Assembly: GCA_002010065.2 (NCBI GenBank)
Contig: MTMD02000001.1
Location: 32,001-96,000 of the forward strand
Origin: Candidatus Pyrohabitans jungbluthii
GTDB taxonomy: Archaea > Hydrothermarchaeota > Hydrothermarchaeia > Hydrothermarchaeales > BMS3B
Length of the DNA stretch: 64,000 bases
Reading direction: 5' to 3'
Shown: positions 10,300 to 19,535 of the stretch, piece after piece
Position numbering within the stretch: position 1 is the stretch's first letter
How the letters are laid out: each line of letters opens with the position of its first letter
Position numbers and translations under genes: made by a program
Notes under the pieces: model-generated
Seen by the model: only the letters and a program-made list of their open reading frames with translations
Told to the model about the DNA's origin: nothing
Database searches by the model: none

Positions 10300-11913
10300 A
10301 TGATCCTCAGGGGCAATATCGTGGACGTGAAGAGGGGTGAAGTATATGCCGGAGAGGTGGTTTTTGAGGGAGGAGTTATCAGAGAGGTGCGCGAGACCAG
10401 AGGAGAGTTCTCCAGCTACATTCTTCCCGGGCTGATTGATGCGCACATCCACATAGAGAGCAGCATGCTCGTGCCCAGCCGCTTCGCTGAGGTGGCGGCA
10501 ACGCACGGCACTGTCGCTGTCGTTGCTGATCCCCATGAGATAGCCAACGTTCTCGGCATCGCAGGCATTGAGTACATGATACGCGACGCCTCTCATGTGC
10601 CGCTGAAGTTTTACTTCACCGCCCCCTCGTGCGTGCCTGCAACGCCTTTTGAAACCTCCGGCGCCAGGCTGGGCGTAGAAGAGGTTGCCTCGCTGCTCGC
10701 CCGAGAGGAGATTGTCGCCCTTGGAGAGGTGATGAACTATCCGGGTGTAGTTGCCCGCGACCCTGAGGTAATGGCCAAGCTGAATGCCACTAAGAAGCTG
10801 GGCAAACCCATAGACGGCCACTGCCCAGGACTTAGAGGCGAAGCACTGCGCAGCTATGTGGAGGCTGGGATAAGCACAGAGCACGAGTGCACATCGCTGG
10901 AAGAGGCGGAGGAAAAGGCAAAGCTCGGGATGAAGATAATGCTCCGCGAGGGCAGCAGCGCAAAAAACCTTAAAGCACTGGCTCGCTTCAAAGGTGAGGC
11001 TTTTCTTGTGAGCGACGACGTCCATGCCAAAGACCTGCTCCGCGGGCATGTGAATTACCTGCTCAGGCGAGCGGTTGAAGAGGGAATGGACGAGGTTGAG
11101 GCTGTGAGGAGGGCATCGCTTTACCCTGCAAAGCACTACCGCTTAAACGTGGGGATGCTGCGCGAGGGCGATACCGCTGACATCGTCGTGGTTCGCGACC
11201 TGCGCAGCTTCACCTGCATAGAGTGCTACATCAACGGCACCCTCGTGGCGGCGCGGGGAAAGGCGCTCTTCGAAGCTTCACCGCTTGAAGGCGAGAATAC
11301 AGTAAAGGCAAGCCTTAAATCTCCTGAGGACTTCCGAATACAGGCGAAAAAAGCTAGCCCAAAGGTTAGGGTGATAAGGGTTGTACCCGGGGAGATAGTC
11401 ACCGACGTTGAGATTGCCGAAATTCCCGGGAGAGAGATTAAAGCCATGCCTGAGCGGGACATTCTCAAGCTTGCGGTGGTGGAGCGCTACGGTGGCAATG
11501 GCGTTGCAACTGCACTGGTTAAAGGCTTCGGGTTGAAGAAAGGAGCCATAGCCTCGAGCATCGCTCACGACTCCCACAACATAATCGCCGTTGCCGCTAC
11601 CGATGAGGACCTGGCGGAGGCAGTGAATCAGGTTATACGCATGCACGGCGGCATTGCTGTTGTTGCGCATGGAGAAGTGCTCGCATCGCTGGCGCTGCCC
11701 ATCGCAGGATTAATGAGCCCTGAGCCTGCTCAGCAGGTGGCTGAGAGGATGGAGAAGCTCAACCAGGCAGCACGTAGCCTTGGCTGCACCCTCGAAGCAC
11801 CGATAATGGCGCTTTCCTTCCTGGCGCTGCCCGTGATACCAAAGCTGAAGCTCACCGATCGCGGTCTCTTCGACGTGGAGAGATTCGAGTTCGTGGAGCT
11901 GGAGGTGCAGTAA
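10300..11913 (+). CDS. ade: adenine deaminase
   Basis: PGLIDAHIHIESSM, DPHEIANV, GEVMN and AHDSHN motifs; ATG at 10300 follows GGAGG. Confidence 0.94.
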   Translation: MILRGNIVDVKRGEVYAGEVVFEGGVIREVRETRGEFSSYILPGLIDAHIHIESSMLVPSRFAEVAATHGTVAVVADPHEIANVLGIAGIEYMIRDASHVPLKFYFTAPSCVPATPFETSGARLGVEEVASLLAREEIVALGEVMNYPGVVARDPEVMAKLNATKKLGKPIDGHCPGLRGEALRSYVEAGISTEHECTSLEEAEEKAKLGMKIMLREGSSAKNLKALARFKGEAFLVSDDVHAKDLLRGHVNYLLRRAVEEGMDEVEAVRRASLYPAKHYRLNVGMLREGDTADIVVVRDLRSFTCIECYINGTLVAARGKALFEASPLEGENTVKASLKSPEDFRIQAKKASPKVRVIRVVPGEIVTDVEIAEIPGREIKAMPERDILKLAVVERYGGNGVATALVKGFGLKKGAIASSIAHDSHNIIAVAATDEDLAEAVNQVIRMHGGIAVVAHGEVLASLALPIAGLMSPEPAQQVAERMEKLNQAARSLGCTLEAPIMALSFLALPVIPKLKLTDRGLFDVERFEFVELEVQ

Positions 11914-12004
11914 GCTCACAACTCTATATTACTTTACATTGTTATAAGTTACTTTCGAACTTTAAAGTTATATGAGACCTCTTTGGGAAGTGTGGTGATT
12001 CGAC

Positions 12005-12478
12005 ATGAAAATAGGTGAAGCGCTGGCGAGGACCAAGCTGCTAAAGAACAAGTTGGTTGAGCTGCAGAAGCTTCAGAGGAGGACATTTTTTGTCGAGGAG
12101 GGCAAAACAAAGGAGGCAAACTTTGATGAGCTCGATAGAGAGCTATCCAAAGTAATGGAGGAGCTACGAGAACTGAAGCTGAAAATACAGAGAGCCAATC
12201 TCAACACCTACATAGAGTGGAAAGGAAGGAAGATATCTCTAGCTGAGGCAATCCTTATAATAGGAGACCTACGCTCACAACTCGCCCATCTCGACGCGCT
12301 AGAGACAGATTCTAAGTTCGGTATCAGAAGCCTCTTCGACAGAAAGACTAAGGATGAGGTGGAATACCTGCCCCAGAAGTCCAGAGTGGAGCTACTAGAG
12401 CTGAAAAAGAAACTGGAAGCTGAAAAGACAGCACTCGACAATCTGGTGCAGAGCACCAACTGGAGGACGGAAATATAG
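12005..12478 (+). CDS. DIP1984-like helical coiled-coil protein
   Basis: MKIGEAL start, internal ISLAEAI, KIQRAN and terminal DNLVQSTNWRTEI match the family pattern (MKLAEAL...IQxxNW). Confidence 0.75.
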   Translation: MKIGEALARTKLLKNKLVELQKLQRRTFFVEEGKTKEANFDELDRELSKVMEELRELKLKIQRANLNTYIEWKGRKISLAEAILIIGDLRSQLAHLDALETDSKFGIRSLFDRKTKDEVEYLPQKSRVELLELKKKLEAEKTALDNLVQSTNWRTEI

Positions 12479-12667
12479 CTCATCTCTTCATAGAGATGAG
12501 GCGCGGGTATGGAGGTGCCTAGTGGGGCTCCAGCTGCCGTGGAAGGCAAGAGGTGCGTGCTGTGAGGCGACGCCTTAAGGTTCAGCGATTAAGGGTCAGT
12601 GCACCTTCAAGGCTCACCGCTCAGGGCTCAACCGCCACCATGAGGCTCCTCCACCCGCTGCTTTTTT
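12479..12667 (+). ncRNA. putative structured non-coding RNA with 7-nt periodic motifs, downstream of the DIP1984-like gene
   Basis: 9-bp hairpin 12479-12500; long closing helix 12501-12528/12634-12661; internal helices; eight TYA heptads; T6 tract at the 3' end. Confidence 0.6.
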
Positions 12668-12700
12668 GCATAAATGCAGAGGATTTGGAACTAGCTACCT

Positions 12701-13209
12701 CTACCTCCCCATGTACTCCTCCAGCTTCCCCTCCGCCTGCTTCCTCTTACACCATTCGCGCAGGGTTTCCCTCTCACCGAGGTACTTATAGTAGGGCACG
12801 CCGTAACCGCAGCTTGTCATTACCTCCTGTATGTGCAGCAGGATTATCTGCCTCGCATAGGAGGGCACCTCCAGCTTCATCCTGGCCATTAAGCCTCTTC
12901 TCTCAGCCTCCTCAAGGGAGAGCACCTCTCCCCTGCAGTACAGGCGGAGAACCATCGGCTTGGCGTCGAAGCTGCAGAACATCACCGTAACCATTCCCCC
13001 TGGGCTATGTGCCTCGCTGTCTCATTGCCGCTTCCCGGGTAGTCGATGTAGGCCACGGTTTTGCTGTCGATTACCGAGAAGGTTTTGTACCCCTTCGGAG
13101 AAATGTTAACCCTCCCTCCATCGGGAGGAGCAGAGGCGACGAAGAATATCCTCTGAGCCTCAATGAATCTTTTCAGCTCCTCATTCAGCTCCGGGTAGAA
13201 TTCCGCCAT
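12701..13209 (-). pseudogene. pyridoxamine 5'-phosphate oxidase-like FMN-binding protein split by a 1-nt frameshift
   Basis: FFVASAP...NISPKG...GSGNET (13209-12982) continues as VTVMFCSFD...SCGYGVP in another frame; break at a G5 run near 12996-13000. Confidence 0.8.
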
Positions 13210-13385
13210 TACACTCTCTCCCGAATTCCTGAATCTTACTTCTGCACTTCAGCCTTATCAGATTTTCGCTTTATAAAATTTCTCTTTAGAATCCATTATT
13301 CTTTTAGTCCTACATTAGTCTTATTCTGACGCAAAGGCGATAGGCTGGAAAAGTGAAAACTTCGGCTGAAATATCCAACATCCCC

Positions 13386-13406
13386 TGTGCATGTTATCTG
13401 TGCACA
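13386..13406. promoter_or_regulatory. inverted repeat TGTGCA-N9-TGCACA, candidate vapBC autoregulatory operator
   Basis: Inverted repeat ending 8 nt before the antitoxin start. Confidence 0.4.
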
Positions 13407-13414
13407 TATAAAAC

Positions 13415-13639
13415 ATGGGCACGAAAACTATATCTCTCTCCGAGGAAGCCTACAGATTGCTGAAAGAGGCAAAACTTCCAGGCGAAAGCTTTTCGGATGT
13501 TGTGAAGAGGATGATTAAAAAGAGGCCTCTATCAAGTTTTGCTGGCTTATGGGCGGAGCTGGAAGATGAGAAGATAGAAGAAATTAAAAAATTAATCAAA
13601 ATTGAAAGGGAGATTTCTGATAAAAAATGGGGGTACTGA
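13415..13639 (+). CDS. vapB: VapB-type antitoxin (DUF217-like)
   Basis: KTISLSEEAYRLL...ESFSDVVKR; directly upstream of a PIN gene. Confidence 0.88.
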   Translation: MGTKTISLSEEAYRLLKEAKLPGESFSDVVKRMIKKRPLSSFAGLWAELEDEKIEEIKKLIKIEREISDKKWGY

Positions 13640-13642
13640 ATT

Positions 13643-14029
13643 GTGGTGGTTCTTGAAACTGACTTCCTAATAGATCTTCTCAAAGGTGAGGAGTATGCTG
13701 TAACCAAAGCCAGAGAAATTGACGAATCTGGAGAACCAAAATTCGTCACGCCTGTTTCAGCCACAGAGTTTCTCATTGGTGCCCACTATATTGGTGGTAA
13801 ATATCTTAAAGCCGCCATGGAACTTTTGTCTTCACTTGAAATCCTTGAGTTTGACTTGGAAGCATGTTATGTGGCTGGTGAAATAGGCGCCACTCTTGCA
13901 AAAGAGGGCAAGCACATAGGTGTAGCAGATACCATGATCGCGGGCATAGTAAAGAGACATGGAGAAAAGCTGCTCACGAGAGATGAGAATTACTCGCGAG
14001 TTAAAGGGCTCGTGGTGGAGAGGTATTAA
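13643..14029 (+). CDS. vapC: PIN-domain toxin VapC
   Basis: VLETDFLID, E, DTMIAG and LLTRD acidic PIN motifs. Confidence 0.9.
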   Translation: MVVLETDFLIDLLKGEEYAVTKAREIDESGEPKFVTPVSATEFLIGAHYIGGKYLKAAMELLSSLEILEFDLEACYVAGEIGATLAKEGKHIGVADTMIAGIVKRHGEKLLTRDENYSRVKGLVVERY

Positions 14030-14232
14030 ATCCTCTGTGCTAAGATGGCTCCTTGGTATGACCGCTCTGAGGCATACAGCATTTATGGGCCACGGGGAAA
14101 GTGAAAGCCTCAGAATGGCTTATAGCAGCATCCCATCCATAAAATTTGGGCGAAAGTATATATACTTCTTCCAGCAATAAATAATAAATTAAAAATAGTT
14201 TATTTATATATAAAAAAGGAGGTGGGTGTGGC

Positions 14233-14709
14233 GTGAGCATAACACAAAAATTGGCTATTCTATATGCTATCCTTATAACTCTCGGCACCGCAGGTGCGCA
14301 GATGATGGGAGGCTATGGAGAAGGCGGCTATTACGGAATGATGGGCGCTCCCGGTTATGGGTTTGAGCCCAACACAAGTTACTACTCCTATCGGGGCTAT
14401 CAAACCTATCCCTACGGGTATGGTGGTATGCCCATGGGTGGTTATGGTATGATGGGCGGTATGATGCCAATGATGGGTGGCTATGGTGGTTATGGAATGA
14501 TGGGAGCTTATCCGGGCTATGGGATGGGCTACTCTGGTGGCTGGTTCCTGCTGCTTCTTCTCATAGCCGTGGCAGCGGTTCTAATTTACTACGCAAGGGG
14601 TAAAGAAGCAGCCCCTTCGAGTGCAAAAGATATCCTGGACATGAGGCTGGCTAAAGGCGAGATAACCCAGGAGGAGTACCAGAAGCTCAGAGAGGTGATT
14701 GAGGGATGA
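14233..14709 (+). CDS. Gly/Met/Tyr-rich membrane protein with C-terminal SHOCT domain
   Basis: Signal-like N-terminus, GMMG/GYG repeats, TM helix, ILDMRLAKGEITQEEY. Confidence 0.8.
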   Translation: MSITQKLAILYAILITLGTAGAQMMGGYGEGGYYGMMGAPGYGFEPNTSYYSYRGYQTYPYGYGGMPMGGYGMMGGMMPMMGGYGGYGMMGAYPGYGMGYSGGWFLLLLLIAVAAVLIYYARGKEAAPSSAKDILDMRLAKGEITQEEYQKLREVIEG

Positions 14710-15272
14710 AAAAGGGCATCGCAATAATAATCGCAGCGGTTCTCGTATTCCTCGCTATTGGCTTGTACAACCAGTACTCATACTACAGGGCGGCTCCATT
14801 CTATGGCGGTGGAGGGATGATGATGGGCACACCTTATCCGGGGGCACAGCCCGGCTATGTGCAGCCAGCGCCGCAGATACAGTTCTCCTCAAACGGTGAG
14901 ATGATCTATTATACTGGCGTCAACAAGAGGGGAGAGCGTATTGTGCCCAGGTTCGGTGGACCCATGTGGCTCTATATGCACGGCGGAAGCTGTGTATCCT
15001 GCCACGGTGAGGACGGCAGAGGTGGCAAGCCAGTGATGATGTGCTCTGAGGTTCCGCCGGACATAAGGTACAGTGCGCTAACCAGCGAGGAGATGGAGCA
15101 CGAAGAGGGCGAAGAGCACCCGCCCTATAACGAGACCACGATAAAGCGGGCAATAACTCAGGGTTTAAACCCCGCCGGCGAAGAGCTTGATCCGTGCATG
15201 CCCAGATGGGCAATAAGCGAGAATGACCTGAACGACTTAATTCTCTTCCTTAAGGAGCTTGACAGGAGGTGA
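14706..15272 (+). CDS. membrane-anchored monoheme c-type cytochrome
   Basis: CVSCH heme motif, distal MPRW, N-terminal TM helix. Confidence 0.85.
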   Translation: MKKGIAIIIAAVLVFLAIGLYNQYSYYRAAPFYGGGGMMMGTPYPGAQPGYVQPAPQIQFSSNGEMIYYTGVNKRGERIVPRFGGPMWLYMHGGSCVSCHGEDGRGGKPVMMCSEVPPDIRYSALTSEEMEHEEGEEHPPYNETTIKRAITQGLNPAGEELDPCMPRWAISENDLNDLILFLKELDRR

Positions 15273-15511
15273 ATAATATGGCGACGAAAAACGATAAGCT
15301 TGTGGCTGGAATTATCCTGACGGTGGTTGGCTTGCTTGGTCTCAGCTCAGGCGGAATGATGGGCTATGCAGGCATGGGCGGCATGATGGGTGGCTACGGG
15401 ATGATGGGCGGCTACGGCATGGGCTTTGGGTTCTTCCCACTGCTGATCAGTGCGGTATTTCTGGGCATAACTCTATTCGGGGTCTACCTGATATACGAGG
15501 CAGTGAAGTGA
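15269..15511 (+). CDS. small 2-TM protein with GMMG-repeat loop
   Basis: TM-GGMMG repeats-TM; GGAGGTG RBS suggests ATG at 15278. Confidence 0.7.
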   Translation: MNNMATKNDKLVAGIILTVVGLLGLSSGGMMGYAGMGGMMGGYGMMGGYGMGFGFFPLLISAVFLGITLFGVYLIYEAVK

Positions 15512-15622
15512 AGGAGAGTATAAAGTAGAAAAAAAGCGCATCGAAAACATAGGGGAAAAACCTACTTCTCCCCTCTCTATTCCTCATTTATCTAGGGGAA
15601 TGTTGTTATTTTATTGTCAAAA

Positions 15623-15760
15623 TTATATTGTTTTTGATAATTTCGGTGAGCATATTTCTCTTGATGCTTGCGTAGGTCTGTTTAGAATAATAACACGTTC
15701 TCTCAGCTTCTTTGCCCTGCCGAGCAACCTTTCTGTCTTTTCAATTTTAACTTGCTCCAT
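15623..15760 (-). CDS. short ORF (45 aa) coupled to cas6; possibly a truncated gene remnant
   Basis: GGAGGTGA RBS in the cas6 end; MEQVKIEKTERLLGRAKKLRERVIILNRPTQASREICSPKLSKTI. Confidence 0.3.
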   Translation of the reverse strand: MEQVKIEKTERLLGRAKKLRERVIILNRPTQASREICSPKLSKTI

Positions 15761-15765
15761 TAAAA

Positions 15766-16545
15766 TCACCTCCCCACCTTCACCTCCATGAAGCCGAAGC
15801 CAAGGGAGTTGCGTTCCCCGAAGCCGGCGTCTAAGCCGAACTGCAAAAGCTCACGCTGCTCCCTCGTTAAATGCGAGAAGTGAAACTCCCACAGAGAGGC
15901 GAACACCTTTACCTCGCGGTTTTTGATGAGCAGGTGATTGCACACCTGCTTCCTGAACACAAACTGCTGGAAGAGCGGGAGGTAGCGCTCTTCTTCCACA
16001 TCAGCGCCCAGAAAATGTTTGTACTTCTTAATCAGGTTATCCTCAAGCTGGCGCAGGAAGGCTTCGAAGGCTATGTTGGGACGCCAGTAAACGTAGGCGT
16101 GCTCGCTGCGTATGCCGTACTTAGCATAGCTCCTCTTTGGGATGCGCACTATAATGGGTGTTCTGGTGACAAGCGCGACGCTATGCTTAACCTTCGGGCG
16201 GGCTATCCTAATCTCTCTAAGATAGAAGCGCATATTGCCGAGGTTTACAACCTCTCGCTCCAGAAGCGACTCTGCAAAGGTGCGGATAAGCTCATTGTCG
16301 GGTGAAGAGATTGCCACGTAGCGCGTGTCGCCCTCGCCAATATCGAAGGGCGAGTAGATGTTGGAAAAGCAGAAGTACTTGTAACCTCTGGCGTCGTGGA
16401 GGTGCTCGTAGGCGGTGCCCCTCAGAAGGCTGTACACAAAGCCCTGGAGCTTGGCATGGTAGCGCAGGTCGTAAGCGTAGTCGCCGGCGCTCTCAAGCGT
16501 GAGTATCAGCCTGCTTATCTTCCACCCCTCCCATCTCGGCTGCAA
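15766..16545 (-). CDS. cas6: CRISPR-associated endoribonuclease Cas6 (orphan in this window)
   Basis: LHD..GYKYFCFS, ISSP, TRTPI and C-terminal G-rich loop GFGERNSLGFG. Confidence 0.92.
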   Translation of the reverse strand: MQPRWEGWKISRLILTLESAGDYAYDLRYHAKLQGFVYSLLRGTAYEHLHDARGYKYFCFSNIYSPFDIGEGDTRYVAISSPDNELIRTFAESLLEREVVNLGNMRFYLREIRIARPKVKHSVALVTRTPIIVRIPKRSYAKYGIRSEHAYVYWRPNIAFEAFLRQLEDNLIKKYKHFLGADVEEERYLPLFQQFVFRKQVCNHLLIKNREVKVFASLWEFHFSHLTREQRELLQFGLDAGFGERNSLGFGFMEVKVGR

Positions 16546-16560
16546 ACACAGGCGTTCCCC

Positions 16561-17976
16561 CTAGTAACTCCTGCCCATTATTATAACCTTCTCCGCCTTT
16601 TCGCCGCAGCCCACGCAGGTGCCCTGCGCTGGCTCCTCATCGAGAATACCTAAAATGTCAACATCGACGCGGTCTTCTATACTCTTGCCGCAGGCTTCGC
16701 GCCCGCACCACATGGTTTTAACCACACCGCCCTTCTCCACAACCAGCTTCTTTATCTCCTCTATGCTTGCGGCGGTGTGGATCCTGCTCTCCATCTCCCG
16801 CCACGCACGCTCCTTCAAGTTTGAGGATATCTCTGCAAGCGTCTCGCGCACGCGCTTGCGAACCTCGCTGCGAGGCACTGAGAAGCGCTCACCGGTGTCG
16901 CGGCGCACCAGAGTAACCTTACCCTGCTCAATATCCCTGGGGCCGAGCTCTACCCTGAGAGGTACGCCGCGAATCTCCCAGTCGTAGTACTTGCTTCCGG
17001 GGCGAATATCTCGAGAATCCACGTGAACTCTAAAATCGCGGAGCTCTTCTCTAAGCTTCTCCACCTCACTATCAACAAGCTCCTTCTTATCCTTGAACCA
17101 GATGGGCACAACCACAACCTGAATGGGCGCCACCTCTGGCATTAAGCATAAGCCAGAGTCGTCGCCGTGCAGGGCGAGAAGCGCTGCTATAACGCGGTCG
17201 CTTATGCCATAGCATGTCTGGTACGCGTACTCCTGCTCACCCTTTGGGTTCTCAAAAGTTATGTCGAAGGTGCGAGAGAAGTTCTGCCCGAGATTGTGGA
17301 CGGTGCCGATCTGCAGTGTCCTTCCGTCAGGGAAGATGGTGTCAAAAGCCATCGTATACTCAGCGCCGGGGAACTTGTCCCAGTCTGGGCGCCTCGAGAT
17401 AATGTAGGGTATCCCCAGGGTGTCGAAAAAGCTTCTGTAGCATGAAATTGCCTCACGCACCTGCCTCTCAGCATCCTCCATGCTTGCATGCGCGGTGTGC
17501 GCCTCCTTGAAGGTGGTAATCTCGCGAAGGCGAATAAGCGGACGGGTGTGCTTGGTCTCGTAGCGGAAGGTGTTTACCACCTGATAGATCTTCAGGGGCA
17601 TGTCCGCGTGGCTTCTTATCCAGAGCGCAAAGATGGGATAAATGGCGGTCTCGCTGGTTGGGCGAAGGGCAAGCTTGACCTTGAGAGGCTCAAGGCCGCC
17701 GTGGGTAACCCAGTAAACCTCATCCTCAAAGCCTGCGATGTGCTTTGCCTCTTTAGCAAACTCATGCTCAGGTATAAGTAGTGGAAACAGCGCCTCCTCG
17801 TGACCCGTGCCGTCGAGGATTCTTCGGATAAGCTCCACCACATGGCGGCGAATTTTAAAGCCGTAGGGGTACCACACGTAAACACCCTTAACAGGGTACC
17901 GCACATCCAGAATCTCTGCCTTCTCAATTATCTCATTGTACCACTCGCTGAAGTTCTTCTTCCACTTCTCGCGCAT
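16561..17976 (-). CDS. proS: prolyl-tRNA synthetase, archaeal/eukaryal type
   Basis: [33 protein letters not shown]-terminal Zn site and terminal Tyr. Confidence 0.97.
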   Translation of the reverse strand: MREKWKKNFSEWYNEIIEKAEILDVRYPVKGVYVWYPYGFKIRRHVVELIRRILDGTGHEEALFPLLIPEHEFAKEAKHIAGFEDEVYWVTHGGLEPLKVKLALRPTSETAIYPIFALWIRSHADMPLKIYQVVNTFRYETKHTRPLIRLREITTFKEAHTAHASMEDAERQVREAISCYRSFFDTLGIPYIISRRPDWDKFPGAEYTMAFDTIFPDGRTLQIGTVHNLGQNFSRTFDITFENPKGEQEYAYQTCYGISDRVIAALLALHGDDSGLCLMPEVAPIQVVVVPIWFKDKKELVDSEVEKLREELRDFRVHVDSRDIRPGSKYYDWEIRGVPLRVELGPRDIEQGKVTLVRRDTGERFSVPRSEVRKRVRETLAEISSNLKERAWREMESRIHTAASIEEIKKLVVEKGGVVKTMWCGREACGKSIEDRVDVDILGILDEEPAQGTCVGCGEKAEKVIIMGRSY

Positions 17977-18033
17977 CTCATCACCGTTGCATTGCCTAGC
18001 GACGTCAACGCATGCGTTATAACTTTACCATAT

Positions 18034-18612
18034 TTAAAGGTTGCCTGCAGCTATATCAGCGAAGTAGCGGTGCAGGCGAGAGTCGCGGGTAAGCTCTGGA
18101 TGAAAGGCACAGGCTAAGTAGCGCCCCTGCCTGGCGAGCACAATTGCATCGTCAACGCGGGCGAGAACTTCTACACCCTTACCAGCGCGAGTTATAATGG
18201 GAGCGCGGATGAACACTGCATGGAAAGGCTTCTCTCCTAGCGCTGGTATCGTCAGGTCAACCTCAAAGCTCTCTCGCTGCCTGCCGAAGGCGTTTCTCGC
18301 CACGGTGATGTCCATAAGCTTTAGCGAAAACTGCTCATATCCTTCAATCTCCTTGGCAAGGAGAATTGCCCCTGCGCAGGTGCCGAAGATCGCCAGCTCT
18401 GGATTTGCGTGAATCGCCTTATCTATGCCGTACTTCTGTATGAGCTTTCCTATGGTGGTGCTCTCCCCGCCGGGAATCACAAGTCCGTCAAGCTTGCTTA
18501 CCTGCTCCGCCTTCTTCACCGCTATAACCTCTCCCCTCCTGCGAATCGCCCGCTTCATAGCTGAGAGGTGCTCCGCAACGTCGCCCTGAAGTGCAAGCAC
18601 ACCCACCTTCAT
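18034..18612 (-). CDS. pdxT: PLP synthase glutaminase subunit
   Basis: GVLALQG, PGGEST, GTCAG and FHPE motifs. Confidence 0.96.
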   Translation of the reverse strand: MKVGVLALQGDVAEHLSAMKRAIRRRGEVIAVKKAEQVSKLDGLVIPGGESTTIGKLIQKYGIDKAIHANPELAIFGTCAGAILLAKEIEGYEQFSLKLMDITVARNAFGRQRESFEVDLTIPALGEKPFHAVFIRAPIITRAGKGVEVLARVDDAIVLARQGRYLACAFHPELTRDSRLHRYFADIAAGNL

Positions 18613-18615
18613 GGC

Positions 18616-19521
18616 TTAGCCTCCCTGCCTCGCTAGTTCAGAATCTATTATCACCTTAAACGCCTCAAAAGGCTGCGCTCCCTTTAGAGGAATGCCGTTT
18701 ATGAAGAACGCCGGCGTGCCCGTGACGCCTGCGTTGATTCCATCCTGAAAGTCCTTTCTAACTTCCTCCTCGTACTTACCGGAGGCAAGACAGATCTTAA
18801 AGCTCTCCACGTCAAGAGAAAGCTGCTGCGCATACTCAACAAAAGCCTCCTCTCCGCGAGCTGACCAGTCGGTTTGCTTCTCAAACAGCACATCGTGGTA
18901 CTCGAAGTACTTGCCCTGCTCTCCGGCGCAGTTCGCGGCTTCTGCGGCTTTTAACGCATACGCATGAATGTTCTCCAGCGGGAAGTCGCGGTAGACAAAG
19001 CGCACCTTGCCCTCGTATGTTTCGAGTATTTTATCCAGCGTCTCCTCCCTAAACTTCCTGCAGAAGGGACACTGGTAGTCGGAAAACTCGATTATCACAA
19101 CGGGAGCATCGCTTGGACCAATCGCCGGGTCGTCGTCCTCGCTCACCTCCACCCGCTGAGGCTCTGGTTTCTGAATGGGCTGGGACATATTTACCATCTT
19201 AAGCACGAGGATTTCGCCATCCTTGGTTACGTATACGGGGGTAACCTCCAGCACATTTCCGGCATGGGTAATCTCAATATCAAGGCGGTAGAGGTAATCT
19301 CCATAGGGTGAGGAGTTGACCACTCTGCCGCTCAACCCCTGCGGTTTGAGGAAATTCTCGTCAATATACGCGAACGTTTTCTCCCCCAGCTGCTGCGCAT
19401 CTAACGCAGCGGAGGGTGTAGAGGTGGCTTCCCGCTCACCAAGCGTGTTAGCCATGAAGTAGCCAATAGCGATGCCAATGGCAATACCCACTACAATAAG
19501 CTGCAGGGCTCTGTTATCCAT
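18616..19521 (-). CDS. membrane-anchored DsbA/thioredoxin-fold disulfide oxidoreductase
   Basis: EFSDYQCPFC, RDFPL, GTP cis-Pro motif; N-terminal TM helix. Confidence 0.9.
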   Translation of the reverse strand: MDNRALQLIVVGIAIGIAIGYFMANTLGEREATSTPSAALDAQQLGEKTFAYIDENFLKPQGLSGRVVNSSPYGDYLYRLDIEITHAGNVLEVTPVYVTKDGEILVLKMVNMSQPIQKPEPQRVEVSEDDDPAIGPSDAPVVIIEFSDYQCPFCRKFREETLDKILETYEGKVRFVYRDFPLENIHAYALKAAEAANCAGEQGKYFEYHDVLFEKQTDWSARGEEAFVEYAQQLSLDVESFKICLASGKYEEEVRKDFQDGINAGVTGTPAFFINGIPLKGAQPFEAFKVIIDSELARQGG

Positions 19522-19535
19522 CTAAATCTCCGTCC

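Noticed and set aside
12553-12990. 145-aa plus-strand ORF (and 12208-12549 minus-strand ORF) over the putative RNA
   Set aside because: Ala/Pro/Ser/Arg-rich, no family motifs, and antisense to real genes; the 7-nt periodicity is not a coding signal.
15512-15765. CRISPR array beside cas6
   Set aside because: No repeated 25-40 nt unit with spacers is visible here or elsewhere in the window.
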